This document shows, piece by piece, positions 45,968 to 56,488 of a DNA stretch of 64,000 bases. Under the pieces are notes generated by a model that was not told the origin of the DNA, did not search any database, and saw nothing but the letters and a program-made list of their open reading frames with translations. The translations under genes and the position numbers were made by a program. Position 1 is the stretch's first letter, and each line of letters opens with the position of its first letter. This DNA is from Alphaproteobacteria bacterium (lineage in GTDB: Bacteria; Pseudomonadota; Alphaproteobacteria; JAAXGF01): NCBI GenBank assembly GCA_963555825.3, contig CAUVXB020000002.1, positions 320,001-384,000 on the forward strand. Direction: 5' to 3'.

Positions 45968-46423
45968 GACCGCCCGGCAGCCCTGCAGCCAGCAGAACTG
46001 CAACGCTATGACATTTCCGCAGACCCATCCGTGGCGAATTCTGACGACGCACCGTTGCTAGGGCGCGGTCTTTGTGATCGTGAAGCGGAAATCCTTCCAA
46101 TGGGTCCATACCCATCCGCCAGCGTTGCCGCTGAAACCGCCCTCGGCGTACTTGACCCGCAGTGACGTGTTGAAGACGGCGCTTTTGTTTTTCTTAGGCG
46201 CAACGGCGAAGTTCACCAGCATTTGGCCCTTCTCATCGACGCTCCCCTCGATGTCTCCGACATAGGCTCCCGTATCGAACGGCGAGGAGAAGAGGTGATT
46301 TTGGATCCGCATCCTGGCCGCGTTTCGCGCCCACCCGGCCGAGATGTCTTTGACGACCAGGTGAGGTGGTCCCACTTTGTTGGACAGTTTGGCAGCGCGG
46401 TTAAGGTGTATTCCGTTGTTTGA

Positions 46424-47353
46424 TCATGCTGCCAAAATCCTTTTTATCACATCCTGTTGCTGTTGTTGAGCCTGTGGGGATGTGGGCAAGGCGCGAGCCT
46501 TGTCCATCATATCCACAGGTTGACCGGCCCCGTAGGCCTCGGCCGGCGTTTGACCGTCGAGGGACGAATGGGGCCGCTCGGTGTTGTAGAAGCCGATCCA
46601 CTCGCCGATGACCCGTTCGGCGTGGAAGCCGTCGGTGAGCTCGTGTAGGTAGACCGCCTCATACTTGAGAGACCGCCACAGGCGCTCGATGAAGATGTTG
46701 TCCATGCAGCGGCCCCGACCGTCCATGGAGATGCGGATGCTCGCGTTCTTGAGCACGCCGGTGAAGTCGAGGCTGGTGAACTGGCTGCCCTGATCCGTAT
46801 TGAATATCTCCGGCTGGCCGTAGCGGGCCAGCGCGTCGCCCAAGGCCTCGGCGCAGAATCCAGCGTCCATGGTGTTCGACAGCCGCCAGGATAAAACGTG
46901 GCGCGTCGCCCAGTCCATGATCGCTACCAGGTACAGAAAGCCACGCTGGACGGGGATATAGGTGATGTCGGCGCACCAGACCCGATTGGGCTGGTCGATA
47001 GCCATCCCTTTGAGAAGATAAGGATAAATCCGGTGCATGGGATGCGGCACGCTGGTTCTCGGCGCCTGATAGATCGCCTCCAGGCCTATCAATCGCATCA
47101 ACCTGCGAACCCGGTGACGGCCGACGCAAACGCCGTCCCGCCGCAACTGGCGGACCATCTGGCGGCTGCCGTAGAACGGGTACTTCATGAACAACTCGTC
47201 GATCCGACGCATCAGCGCCAGACTCGAAGGGCTCTCCCCCCTGGGCGCATAATAGAACGAGGACCGGCCGATCGAAAGCAGGCGGCATTGACGGCTCAAG
47301 CTCAGCTCGGGGGCGTCGCGTGTGATCATCGCCTTGCGCTCCCCCCGGCTCAT
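46424..47353 (-). CDS. IS3 OrfB transposase
   Basis: WCADITYI, TDQGSQF, DNIFIERLWRSLKYE. Confidence 0.93.
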   Translation of the reverse strand: MSRGERKAMITRDAPELSLSRQCRLLSIGRSSFYYAPRGESPSSLALMRRIDELFMKYPFYGSRQMVRQLRRDGVCVGRHRVRRLMRLIGLEAIYQAPRTSVPHPMHRIYPYLLKGMAIDQPNRVWCADITYIPVQRGFLYLVAIMDWATRHVLSWRLSNTMDAGFCAEALGDALARYGQPEIFNTDQGSQFTSLDFTGVLKNASIRISMDGRGRCMDNIFIERLWRSLKYEAVYLHELTDGFHAERVIGEWIGFYNTERPHSSLDGQTPAEAYGAGQPVDMMDKARALPTSPQAQQQQQDVIKRILAA

Positions 47354-47631
47354 CGCTTGAGCCCTCTGGCTAAAAAATCCCGTTCCACCGTCAGCTCGCC
47401 GATCTTGGCGTGAAGGTCGCGGACCTCGGATTCATGATCCCGGCAAGCGCGGTTGGCGCCGTTCGAAAACACTTCGCCCAGACCGTCCACCGCCTGGCGC
47501 TTCCAGGCGCTCACCTGGTTCGGATGCACCTTGTGCTTGGCCGCGATCTGCTGGATCGTCTTGTCGCCCCGCAGCGCTTCCAGCGCCACCCGGGCCTTGA
47601 ATTCCGCCGTAAACCGGCGTCGATTCGTCAT
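47350..47631 (-). CDS. IS3 OrfA
   Basis: RRFTAEFKARVALEAL..VHPNQVSAWK. Confidence 0.92.
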   Translation of the reverse strand: MTNRRRFTAEFKARVALEALRGDKTIQQIAAKHKVHPNQVSAWKRQAVDGLGEVFSNGANRACRDHESEVRDLHAKIGELTVERDFLARGLKR

Positions 47632-48249
47632 CTCGTATTCCTCCGTTATCCGGTGGAATACACCTTAGCTCCCTGTCCGATTTTCTGGGACCACCTCACA
47701 GGATCCATTCACCGTCGAACCGAGTCGGTGAGATAATTTCGATATCACACTGCTTTTGCAGGCTGATCTCCTTGAGCGCCTCATACTGGCCTTGCAGCGC
47801 GGCGTATTCGGTCGCTTCCGGCCCATTGCCTTCGATGAAGAAGAGCGGCGGCAGGAACACGATCATGCCCATGGCCATCTTGAAATCATCTTCGCTGGAG
47901 CGCGCGTCGACCATCTTCGCGACCTCGACGGCGCGATCGATGACCCGGTGCACCTCGACGCCGATGTCCTCGCAAGTCAGGTGCTTGTATGTCACGGCCG
48001 ACACGTAGGACGGCGAAATCTCCTTCGATGGTGAGGCACATCCCGAGATCGTCAACGCGATCGTCGCTAGGTAGAGGTGTCTACGCATGCTCAGGGCCCC
48101 TGTGATGCAATCTCATCAAGCGCGAAAAATTCCGTCGACTTCGACGTGGCTGTTTGGCCGCCGCGCTACGAACGCGCAAATGACGAACAAATAATATGAA
48201 ACCGCACGATATAGAAGCAACGGCCAAAGCGCGGCGACGAATACCCCAC

Positions 48250-49101
48250 CTAGCCTTCCCCGACGACGGCGCGTGCCAGTTCCTCGGCGTGATCGCGGGC
48301 GTAGTCGGCGAAGGCGATGGCGGGGCGGCCCGTGACGCGTTCGACGTCGTCGGCGACCGGTGCCATGCGGCCCGCGCGAATGTCGCGGAACAGGCCGTTC
48401 AGGTCGGCGGCCGCGCCGGCGTCCATGCCGCTCTCGGCGGCCCAGGCGTCTTCGCTCAGATCCTCGAAGACGACGCGGCGGCCGGTCGCGTCGGAGATGA
48501 TATCGGCGACCTCGGCGTGGCTCAGCGTCTCGGGTCCGGTCAGCGTGAAGGCCTGGTTCCAAAGGCCTTGATCGTCGAGCGCCGCGATGGCGACGGCGGC
48601 GATGTCGCGGACGTCGACGAACGAGACGCGCCCGTCGCCGACCGGCAGGCGGATCGCACCGCCCGCGGCCATCGAGTGGAAGTTCTGGTGGAACCAGTTG
48701 GGCCGCAGCAGCAGGTAGCCGAGGCCGGAACAGGCGAGCCGGCGGTCGGCGACGCCGTGGTCGCGCGAATAGCCGGGCGCGGCGTTTTCGTCGGCGCCCA
48801 TGCCCGAGATTCGCGCGATGACCCGCACACCCACGTTCCGAGCCGCCGCGATGATGTTGTCCTGCAAGGCAAGAAAGTCGGGATGACTGAAGGCGGTCAT
48901 GAAGGTTGCGTCGACGCCTTCGAACGCGCGCGCTAGTGCTTGTCTATCCTCGAACCCGCCAATCACCGTCTCGACACCCGCCGGCAGGCGTTGGGCCTGG
49001 TCGGGCGAGCGGATCAGGGTGCGCACGGCGCGGCCCTCGGCGGCGAGTCGGCGCAGCACCGCGCCACCCACATTGCCGGTCGCGCCGGTGACCAGGATCA
49101 T
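48250..49101 (-). CDS. NmrA-like atypical SDR
   Basis: ILVTGATGNVG, LRPNWF, DVRDIA, LTGPE. Confidence 0.88.
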   Translation of the reverse strand: MILVTGATGNVGGAVLRRLAAEGRAVRTLIRSPDQAQRLPAGVETVIGGFEDRQALARAFEGVDATFMTAFSHPDFLALQDNIIAAARNVGVRVIARISGMGADENAAPGYSRDHGVADRRLACSGLGYLLLRPNWFHQNFHSMAAGGAIRLPVGDGRVSFVDVRDIAAVAIAALDDQGLWNQAFTLTGPETLSHAEVADIISDATGRRVVFEDLSEDAWAAESGMDAGAAADLNGLFRDIRAGRMAPVADDVERVTGRPAIAFADYARDHAEELARAVVGEG

Positions 49102-49104
49102 TTG

Positions 49105-49953
49105 TCAGCCAGAGCGACCGTTGTCCGACGGCAGCTCGGCGGTCCGCGGATCGACCCGGCGGCCGTCGAACAGAACCTCGTAATGGAGATGCGCGCCGGT
49201 CGAGCGTCCGGTCGAGCCGACCGTGCCGATCGCCTGACCGCGCCGCACCCGTGCACCGCGACGCAAGTGTTCGGCGAACGCGCTCAGATGGGCGTACGCC
49301 GTCTCGGTGCGCGCGTCGTGGCGGATGCGGACGTAGTTGCCATAGGCGCCGCGCCGGCCGGCCTCGACCACGACGCCGTCGGCGACGGCATGGACCGGTG
49401 CGCCGCGGGGCAGCGCGAAATCGATGCCGCGATGCATCTTCGAATAGCCCAGGAGGGGATGCAGGCGCGGCCCGTAGCCCGACGAGATGCGCGCGCCGGC
49501 GACCGGTGCGCTGGCGAGCGTCAGTTCGGGCGCGCCGCCCGGCGCATCGGCGATCGCCGGCGCCACGTCGCTCGATCGGCGGGCGACGATGAAGACCCGC
49601 TCGACCGGGCCGCCGGGCCGCTGGATCATGACATGGTCGAAGTCGGCGAGCAGCGCCTCGAGGCGCGCGCGCAAACCGCCGCCGGCGGCCGGCGCCGCGA
49701 TCCCGGCGGTCTTGCCGATGCCCTTGATCTCGACGCCATGCGCCGCCGCGAGGCGCGCCAGTTCGTCGGCCAGCGCCGGCTCGCCCGCCCGCGCCGGGCC
49801 GACGTCGAACGCCATCAGCGCTACCACCAGCGCAACCGCCAAAGAGGCCCGCGCGCTGCGTACCGCCGCTGGGTTCGTCCTTGTTGCCGCAATCGGCATG
49901 TCCTGGCCATCATCCATTGGGGCGCCGCGTTCGACGGGCGTCATTGCCGCCAT
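49105..49953 (-). CDS. M23 family peptidase
   Basis: MHRGIDF, YAHL, GSTGRSTGAHLHYEV; start uncertain. Confidence 0.85.
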   Translation of the reverse strand: MAAMTPVERGAPMDDGQDMPIAATRTNPAAVRSARASLAVALVVALMAFDVGPARAGEPALADELARLAAAHGVEIKGIGKTAGIAAPAAGGGLRARLEALLADFDHVMIQRPGGPVERVFIVARRSSDVAPAIADAPGGAPELTLASAPVAGARISSGYGPRLHPLLGYSKMHRGIDFALPRGAPVHAVADGVVVEAGRRGAYGNYVRIRHDARTETAYAHLSAFAEHLRRGARVRRGQAIGTVGSTGRSTGAHLHYEVLFDGRRVDPRTAELPSDNGRSG

Positions 49954-50136
49954 GATGACCGATTCACGTGCCACAGGCATCATCCGATCGCATGATGTCC
50001 GGAAATTCCGTGTGTTCGCCTGATTTCCGCGTGGCATCGGACCGTCGCGCATGGCCACGATGCGAATTCGGCGCTTGCCATCGGACGCGCCGGGGCCGCA
50101 GACTCACGGCATCGCGTCACGACATCCGAGGAACCG

Positions 50137-51234
50137 ATGAGCGCACCGACCGTGATTTCCGCCGATTCGCACGTCCAGGAGCCGCCCGAGCTGTATGCCG
50201 AGCGGCTGCCCGCGCGGTTCCGCCACCGGGCGCCGCGCATCGTCGAGCGCGACGGCGCGCGCTATTCGGTGATCGACGGCAAACGGCCGCGCCGCATGGA
50301 TGTCGCCGCCGCGCGCATCAACGAGGACGACCAGAACCGCGAGTTCCGTGACGATCCGTCGGGCGGGCGCGACCTCGACCGGCGTCTCGCCGACCTGGCG
50401 CGCGACGGCGTCGGCGCCGAGGTCATCTACCCCAACCAGTCGCTGTTTCTCTACAACTCGGCCGACACCGGCTATCAGTTCGCCGTCGCCCAGGCGTACA
50501 ACGACTGGGCGCAGGAGCTGTTCGGCGGCCGCGCCGACCGCTTCGCGCCGGTCGCCATCGTGCCGATCGCCGACATCGATGGCGCGGTCGCCGAGGTCGA
50601 GCGCGTCGCCAGGCTCGGCTACCGCTCGATCAAGATCCCGATCACCGTCGACGAGCGGCCCTACAACCTGCCCGACTACGAGCCGCTGTGGGCCGCCGTT
50701 GCCGACGCGAACCTGGTTTTGAGCCTGCACGCGTTCTCCGAGTCGACGGACAAATACCCGGCCGACTGGGGCGAGGAGGACGGCATCGGCGGCGCGCTCA
50801 ATCACATGGCGATGAGCATGGCGCGCGGCCAGGAACCGGTCGCGCTGTTGATCGCCTCGGGCGCGCTCGAGCGCCACCCGGCCTTGCGCTTCGTCATCGT
50901 CGAATGCGGCGCCGGCTGGCTCGCCTGGCTGCTCTACGTCCTCGACGAACAGGTCGAGAAGAAGCACATGTGGGTGCGCCCCAAGCTCTCGATGCTGCCG
51001 AGCGAGATTTTCGCGTGCCAGGGCCACGTCACCTTCTCGGACGACCCGGTGGCGCTCAACAACATCGCGTTCACCGGCGCCGACTGCCTGCTCTGGGGCA
51101 GCGATTACCCGCACGACGAGGGCACCTTCCCGCATAGCCAGGCGGTCATCGAGCGCACCTTCGCGGGCATCTCGGACGCCGACAAGCGCAAGATCGTCCA
51201 CGACAACGCCGCCCGCCTCTACGGCTTCGGCTGA
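50137..51234 (+). CDS. amidohydrolase family 2 protein
   Basis: SADSH, YNDW, ECGAGW, WGSDYPH. Confidence 0.9.
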   Translation: MSAPTVISADSHVQEPPELYAERLPARFRHRAPRIVERDGARYSVIDGKRPRRMDVAAARINEDDQNREFRDDPSGGRDLDRRLADLARDGVGAEVIYPNQSLFLYNSADTGYQFAVAQAYNDWAQELFGGRADRFAPVAIVPIADIDGAVAEVERVARLGYRSIKIPITVDERPYNLPDYEPLWAAVADANLVLSLHAFSESTDKYPADWGEEDGIGGALNHMAMSMARGQEPVALLIASGALERHPALRFVIVECGAGWLAWLLYVLDEQVEKKHMWVRPKLSMLPSEIFACQGHVTFSDDPVALNNIAFTGADCLLWGSDYPHDEGTFPHSQAVIERTFAGISDADKRKIVHDNAARLYGFG

Positions 51235-51271
51235 GGCCGGGCTTTTCACCATGGACAGGCGCGTCATCGCG
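51233..51271. repeat. truncated left end of the outer MITE
   Basis: CCGGGCTTTTCACCATGGACAGGCGCGTCATCGCG matches the starts of 15410 and 61765. Confidence 0.8.
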
Positions 51272-51472
51272 CCCGCCGGCGTACAGCAGTTCTGGTCGGC
51301 GGTGATCAACCTGGTCTTTCTCCTGAGCGCCGGGTTCGTCGGCGCCAGGCCGCGCCCAGCGCCATCTTACGGCCGCCGCCCGGCAATAAACCGATTGTGA
51401 ACCTGGACTGTGGGATATGAGGTATGATGTGATCGGAAGGGCTTTGCATTCAAAGGCAACGACGCCACGGCC

Positions 51473-52030
51473 ATGAGCTTATGGAAGACCCTGCTCCACC
51501 CCGACCGCGAAGAGGTGGAAATGAAGGAACGGCTGGTGGTCATCTCCGCCGCCAACCAGCTCCAGGTGGGCGAGTTCCAGCTCCTCCAGCTGGCCTATAG
51601 GGAATGGTTCGGCGAAGACCTGCCCGAGGCCCTGGTGGCCGAGCTGTTCACCTCGTACATGCTGCACCATCGCGTGCCCCACTGGGCCCGGCACTATGCG
51701 CGCCGCGTCATTGACGGCTACGAGCGGGGCGACCTGGACGATAATGCGCCCATGTTCCACCGTTACGACGACGACTACCACACCCAGGTGCCGCGGGGGG
51801 TCCAGCGGTTCTGCGTCGCCGCGGCGGGGGTGATCATCGCCGTCTTCGGCAGCATTTACATCGCCGGCCAGGTCGTCGATCCGACGGCGTCGATGCTGCC
51901 GCCGTATTTCGAGGAAAAGGACCTGCCTCGGGCCCTGCCCGACATGAGGGTGGACACCCGGGAACAGGAACTCTTCATCGCGCCTGGCGGCGCCGGTAAT
52001 TTCAGCGACGTCAGCCAGCCCAGGCCCTGA
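51473..52030 (+). CDS. hypothetical protein with one C-terminal TM segment
   Basis: Strong GC3 codon bias; AANQLQVGEFQLLQLAY.W. Confidence 0.7.
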   Translation: MSLWKTLLHPDREEVEMKERLVVISAANQLQVGEFQLLQLAYREWFGEDLPEALVAELFTSYMLHHRVPHWARHYARRVIDGYERGDLDDNAPMFHRYDDDYHTQVPRGVQRFCVAAAGVIIAVFGSIYIAGQVVDPTASMLPPYFEEKDLPRALPDMRVDTREQELFIAPGGAGNFSDVSQPRP

Positions 52031-52231
52031 ATCTTGGTATGAACCGGAACGTCGGTTCTTCCTGCCGACGAAACCTGATCGGATCCCTTGTCCGGGCTCG
52101 GTGCTTGGGCTCCGCTTCGCGAGAGCGCTTCTCGCCTCTTGGAATTGGGTTGCCGGTCGCCGCCGGCGCGTCTTTTCGCCTCTTGGCCAGCCGGTGTTGT
52201 CAGCCGCCCGATGAGCCGCTAAGGTCCGCCA

Positions 52232-52432
52232 ATGTTTGAATTCGCCGGGGAGGCCGAGCCCTTCGTAAACCTGATGTTCCTAGGTGCCACCGGCTATATC
52301 GCTCTCCACGGAATCCGCTTCCGGGACGAGGAAGGCGAATCGGATTTCGTGCATCTCCTGTTCGGCTGTATCGCGGCCGTTTTCTTCTTCCTGGTGCTGT
52401 TCCAGGACGTATTGGGATTGCTCCACTTTTAG
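52232..52432 (+). CDS. small two-TM hypothetical protein
   Basis: Two hydrophobic helices around RFRDEEGESD. Confidence 0.65.
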   Translation: MFEFAGEAEPFVNLMFLGATGYIALHGIRFRDEEGESDFVHLLFGCIAAVFFFLVLFQDVLGLLHF

Positions 52433-52554
52433 AGCAAGGCAACCGGCGCAGGGTCGGAACAGGGCTCCGTCCGGGTCGCCCGACGCCTACGCTATTCGCG
52501 CCGGCGGGAGTTTCCCCGATTCGTAGGGAGTCGATCTACGAAGCCGCCGAAAAT

Positions 52555-53049
52555 CTATTGCCTGCACTCTCCGACCGAGCCGCCCTTGCACTTGGTCGTG
52601 CCGTCTGTCCACGTCGCCCCGGCCATCCTGACCGCGCCCAGCTTGGCCCCGTCCAGGTTGGCGTCGGTGAGGTTGGCCCTTTCCAAATTGGCCTCTTCCA
52701 GGTTGGCCCCCGACAGGTCGGCGCCCGACAGGTCGGCGTCCTTCAAGATGGCCTTCATGAGCTTGGCGTTTTTCAGGTTGGCCCCCGACAGGTCGGCGCT
52801 CGTCAGATCGGCGCCACGAAGGTCCGCCTTCTCGAGATTGGCGTCCTTGAGCTTGGAATGGTGAAGGACGGCGTCCTCGAGAACGGCCCGCTTCAGGTTC
52901 GCGCCCTCGAAGTCCTTCCTCGCGAAATCGCATTTGGACCAGATTACATAGGCGGCCGGCGGGTCATAACATTCCGCGCTCGCCGGCGGCGGCGTCATAA
53001 GCCATACCGCCGCGAGCGCCGGTAACGCGAGTCGTACGCCATTGTTCAT
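52555..53049 (-). CDS. secreted pentapeptide-repeat protein
   Basis: Signal peptide, tandem A(D/N)Lxx repeats, terminal Cys pairs. Confidence 0.9.
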   Translation of the reverse strand: MNNGVRLALPALAAVWLMTPPPASAECYDPPAAYVIWSKCDFARKDFEGANLKRAVLEDAVLHHSKLKDANLEKADLRGADLTSADLSGANLKNAKLMKAILKDADLSGADLSGANLEEANLERANLTDANLDGAKLGAVRMAGATWTDGTTKCKGGSVGECRQ

Positions 53050-53200
53050 GGAATCACCCAGGTCCTAACCGATTCGATGCTGGGCGCCTGCCGCGGAATG
53101 ACTGGCCGCGTGCTTCGGCGCAATTATTCGCCATCGGAAGCCTGCGTCCGTACAGGTCAGTAACGATCCCCGCCCGGTCAAACGACGTCCGGGCCCGTGG

Positions 53201-53374
53201 TCAGCCCAACCACATCGACAGCATAACGCCGCCGCCAAGGACGACGGTGATGCCGACGACAATGATCGCCATCACGGCAATTTGCTTGCCCACCGACGGC
53301 ATCGTGGATTCGTCTGTATCCTTGTCTGCTTCCGCCGCAGCGGGTTGTTCTTGAGATCCGCTACTTTCCGACAT
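53201..53374 (-). CDS. small single-TM protein
   Basis: RBS GGAGAG, acidic N-terminus, C-terminal hydrophobic helix. Confidence 0.55.
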   Translation of the reverse strand: MSESSGSQEQPAAAEADKDTDESTMPSVGKQIAVMAIIVVGITVVLGGGVMLSMWLG

Positions 53375-53506
53375 GAAATTCTCTCCCAATTGCGTGAATA
53401 TTTTCAATCGGCGGAATGACTTATCCGACCGGTCCCCGCGTCTGATAGGGGCGGTGGATAATTGCATCTACCGACTTTCATGACAACCCGGCAATCGCCA
53501 TTCCGG

Positions 53507-54139
53507 TCATAATGGTTTGTACATGCGTTGTTCAGCGTCTTTTTCGGGATTTCGGAGCACGCGCTGGCCCTCGGGCAGGGCGAGCTGCTCGGTCAGGTAG
53601 ATGGCGCGCTGGCGGACGGTCGCCGGTCGCGGCGTGCCGTAAATGACCCTGTCGATCAGGCCGGGGCCATCGATGGCGCCCTCGTCGATCATCAGCGCCT
53701 GGATGTAATCGGCGAGCGCCTTCTCATAGCGTCCCGTGCGGTCGTACAGGATCCCCCGGTTGGCGTAAGCGGCGGCGTGCACCGCGATCCCCGTGGCGTC
53801 GTCTGACTCCAAGTTATCGCGGAGGAAATCGATCAGGTACGTGAACTCGGCCTCGGTATCGGCGTAGCGCTCGCTCTGCAAGAACACTAGTCCCCGTCCC
53901 ATCAGCGCTCCGCGATGGTCGGGCGAGACCGCGAGTGCCGTGTTGAAGCGCTCAAGGGCCGCTTCGTACTTGCCGTCGCCCAACAGGATGTCGCCCTGGC
54001 GGACCTCGTAGTCGCCCGTTGGGGCCTCGGCATAATTCCTGACCACTGCCCAGAAACTGAACATGCCGAAGGTGGCGAGCGCCATCAGGATGATAAACCG
54101 CCTCAGAACTTTGGGGTTGGTGAACGTTTTCAGGTTCAT
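53507..54139 (-). CDS. membrane-anchored TPR protein
   Basis: N-terminal TM, then TPR motifs (ALMGRGLVF, AYANRGILY). Confidence 0.8.
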   Translation of the reverse strand: MNLKTFTNPKVLRRFIILMALATFGMFSFWAVVRNYAEAPTGDYEVRQGDILLGDGKYEAALERFNTALAVSPDHRGALMGRGLVFLQSERYADTEAEFTYLIDFLRDNLESDDATGIAVHAAAYANRGILYDRTGRYEKALADYIQALMIDEGAIDGPGLIDRVIYGTPRPATVRQRAIYLTEQLALPEGQRVLRNPEKDAEQRMYKPL

Positions 54140-54159
54140 CGCGGTCCGCCGAACATCAC

Positions 54160-54381
54160 CTAGCCGTAAGCGGCGGCGAAAGCCAGGCACAAGAGCGCCG
54201 ACGTGACCCCGGCACGGCGTTTCATCGAGTCCATGTCTTCCTCGCCGGGAAGCTCCCCGGTTCGTCGCTGGGCCCGGCGCACCGACAGCACCCAGATCAG
54301 TTGCCGCACGGGGAAGAACAGGGCGATCCCAAGCGCCGCCACCCACAACCATCTGTATTCTGGAGAAACCGCTGCCTCCAC
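54160..54381 (-). CDS. small membrane protein, possibly with a premature amber stop
   Basis: Two TM; reading through TAG gives VMFGGPR and a TGA overlapping the TPR ATG (54136-54139). Confidence 0.65.
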   Translation of the reverse strand: MEAAVSPEYRWLWVAALGIALFFPVRQLIWVLSVRRAQRRTGELPGEEDMDSMKRRAGVTSALLCLAFAAAYG

Positions 54382-54438
54382 GGCGAAACACCTTCGTGCC
54401 AATGATCGGCGCGACCGAGCGACGCGCGGGATGGTAAC

Positions 54439-54473
54439 AAAAAAATCGGGGGAAGGACATCGTCCTTCCCCCG
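54439..54473 (-). terminator. Rho-independent terminator after the symporter
   Basis: CGGGGGAAGGAC/GTCCTTCCCCCG stem followed by a T7 tract on the minus strand. Confidence 0.8.
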
Positions 54474-54496
54474 GTGAAAGTAAGGTTGGTATTCGG

Positions 54497-56488
54497 CTAC
54501 GTCCGCTGGGCCTGTTCCTCGGCGGTGTCGCCGATGTCTTCCACCAGAGCCTCGATATTCTTTTCGGGGATGGTGGACATCTCCATCTTGTAGGCGAGGA
54601 ACCACATCATGGCCACGCCGAGCAGCCAGAACAGGATCTGCCAGGCCCAGATGGAGGGCATGCCGAAGGTCCAGCCATCGACGCCGGCGTCCGGCGCGCC
54701 GAAGATATCGTTGCCGATGACGGCGCCGGGGCCGATACCGAAGAACATCCAAGCGATCGTAATGATCCAGGCGACCGGAACCAGCCCTTTCTTCGACGCG
54801 GGCAGGCTCGCGTGTTCTCGCAGGAAGTTGTGGTACTTCATGCGGTGGCCGAGATCTTCCGCGCTCTGCGTCATCGACGAGACGATCACGCAAGTGGTGG
54901 CGTTGAGGAGCATGCCCCAGCCGGCCGAGTGAATGGTAAGCGGCCAGCGGCCCCAGAAATCGATTCCCATGTCGCTGAGAATCCCGAGGCCGAACTTTTC
55001 GGTAAAGATCACGCCGATGATGCCGGCCAGCAGGCCATAGGTGGCGCCCTGACGCGTGATCCACGGAATCCAGCACACGGCCGCCAGCGGCGTCCACATC
55101 TGGAAGCCGAAGGCCACCGCAAGACCGCCCAGGAGCACCAGGGCGTCACGTGAGTACGTGGCCACCAGCAGGGCGGCTACGACGATGAAGCCAACGCCCA
55201 TGCGCCCGGCCAGCTTCTGCATCCTGTGCGTGGAAGCCGGGTTCAGGTAACGCTTATATAGATCCCGGGTGAGAATCCCGCCGGCGGTCGACATGTATGC
55301 CGCGCCGGTGGATTGCATGGCCGCCAGGGCGCAAACCGCCAATATTCCGACGAGCCACGGCGAGGTTTCCGAGATCAGGTTCATATAGTGCGCCACCAAC
55401 GAGTCCGGCTTTGCCGCAATCGAAGCCGGCAGCACATTGGAAATCGCCAAGCCGGCCTCCGTCACCGCCGGGTTGGCGCCCAGAAGGTGCGCGCCCATGC
55501 CCGTGAACGCGGTGAAGAAGAACAGGATGAAGCCGATCCCGAGCGAGGACGCCCACACCTGCTGCGGCGCGAACGGCCGCGGATCGGTGTTGGAGAACGA
55601 CCACATGGTGAACGCCGGGGCCGACTGAATGCCCATCAGCGCGAACATGTAGGTCAGGCACATGATGCCTGTCCACAGACCGCCAACCGGAGTCGCCTTG
55701 CCGAGCCCGGCCGTCCACTGGATGACCCCGGGGATGGCGAAATAGGCGTTGTAGTCGCCCCCTCCATAGCCCTGGGTGGTGCCCCACTTGCCGACGTCCG
55801 AAGCGGCCAGATTGGCCAATCCCTGTTGCATCGCATCCCAGCCGCCGACCGCGTTCAGCGCGATCGAGCCGTATATGATGATGCCCATGGCGAGCAGGAT
55901 GCATTGGAGGGTGTCGACGTAGGCCACGGCGCGCAGGCCGCCCGACGCCACGTAGATGAACACCACGATCGACAGGATCCACATGCCCACGTTCTGTGTG
56001 AACATGCCGTCCGGGAAGGCATCCGTCACCGTGATGACGTTGAACAGATACCCAGACGCCCCCAACTGCACGCCAAGATACGGAATGGAGTACAGCAGGG
56101 CCACGATCACCGTCAGGATGCGGATGAAGTCACCCTGGAAATAGGTGCCAAGCATCTCGCCCGGCGTCACGAAGCCGAAACGCTTGCCCAGCATCCATTG
56201 GCGTTTCAGGAAGATGACCCCAGTGAACGGGATGGTGATGGTGTAAAACGATGCGTACGCATACTGGAAGCCATCGCGATACACCAGACCCGGGTGGCCC
56301 ATGAAGGTCCAGCCCGAAAACGATGTGGCGGTGGCCGCCAATATAAACACCCAAAGGGACAGCCTACGGCCAGCGATGAAGTAATCGGTGGCTGTCTTTG
56401 CCATTTGCGCGCTTCGCCAGCCCCAATAGATGCAGTACACCCAGTAGAGCACCACAAACATGAACAACCAGATAATTTTTGCAGACAC
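54497..56488 (-). CDS. sodium:solute symporter (SSS/SLC5 family)
   Basis: DYFIAGR, ATSFSGWTFMG, GGLRAVAYVD, LAAMQST; many TM helices. Confidence 0.92.
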   Translation of the reverse strand: MSAKIIWLFMFVVLYWVYCIYWGWRSAQMAKTATDYFIAGRRLSLWVFILAATATSFSGWTFMGHPGLVYRDGFQYAYASFYTITIPFTGVIFLKRQWMLGKRFGFVTPGEMLGTYFQGDFIRILTVIVALLYSIPYLGVQLGASGYLFNVITVTDAFPDGMFTQNVGMWILSIVVFIYVASGGLRAVAYVDTLQCILLAMGIIIYGSIALNAVGGWDAMQQGLANLAASDVGKWGTTQGYGGGDYNAYFAIPGVIQWTAGLGKATPVGGLWTGIMCLTYMFALMGIQSAPAFTMWSFSNTDPRPFAPQQVWASSLGIGFILFFFTAFTGMGAHLLGANPAVTEAGLAISNVLPASIAAKPDSLVAHYMNLISETSPWLVGILAVCALAAMQSTGAAYMSTAGGILTRDLYKRYLNPASTHRMQKLAGRMGVGFIVVAALLVATYSRDALVLLGGLAVAFGFQMWTPLAAVCWIPWITRQGATYGLLAGIIGVIFTEKFGLGILSDMGIDFWGRWPLTIHSAGWGMLLNATTCVIVSSMTQSAEDLGHRMKYHNFLREHASLPASKKGLVPVAWIITIAWMFFGIGPGAVIGNDIFGAPDAGVDGWTFGMPSIWAWQILFWLLGVAMMWFLAYKMEMSTIPEKNIEALVEDIGDTAEEQAQRT

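Larger units (their letters stand above)
46362..47698 (-). mobile_element. IS3-family element
   Basis: IRs TGAGGTGGTCCCA at both ends; CAGG target duplication at 46358-46361 and 47699-47702. Confidence 0.95.
46058..48088 (-). pseudogene. lipoprotein split by an IS3 element
   Basis: Lipobox ISGC; ...FDGEWIL joins in frame to VVKDISAG...TKTAP once the IS is removed. Confidence 0.8.

Noticed and set aside
52640-52900. 15-bp periodic repeats resembling a CRISPR or tandem array
   Set aside because: Explained by pentapeptide-repeat coding; no spacers and no cas genes
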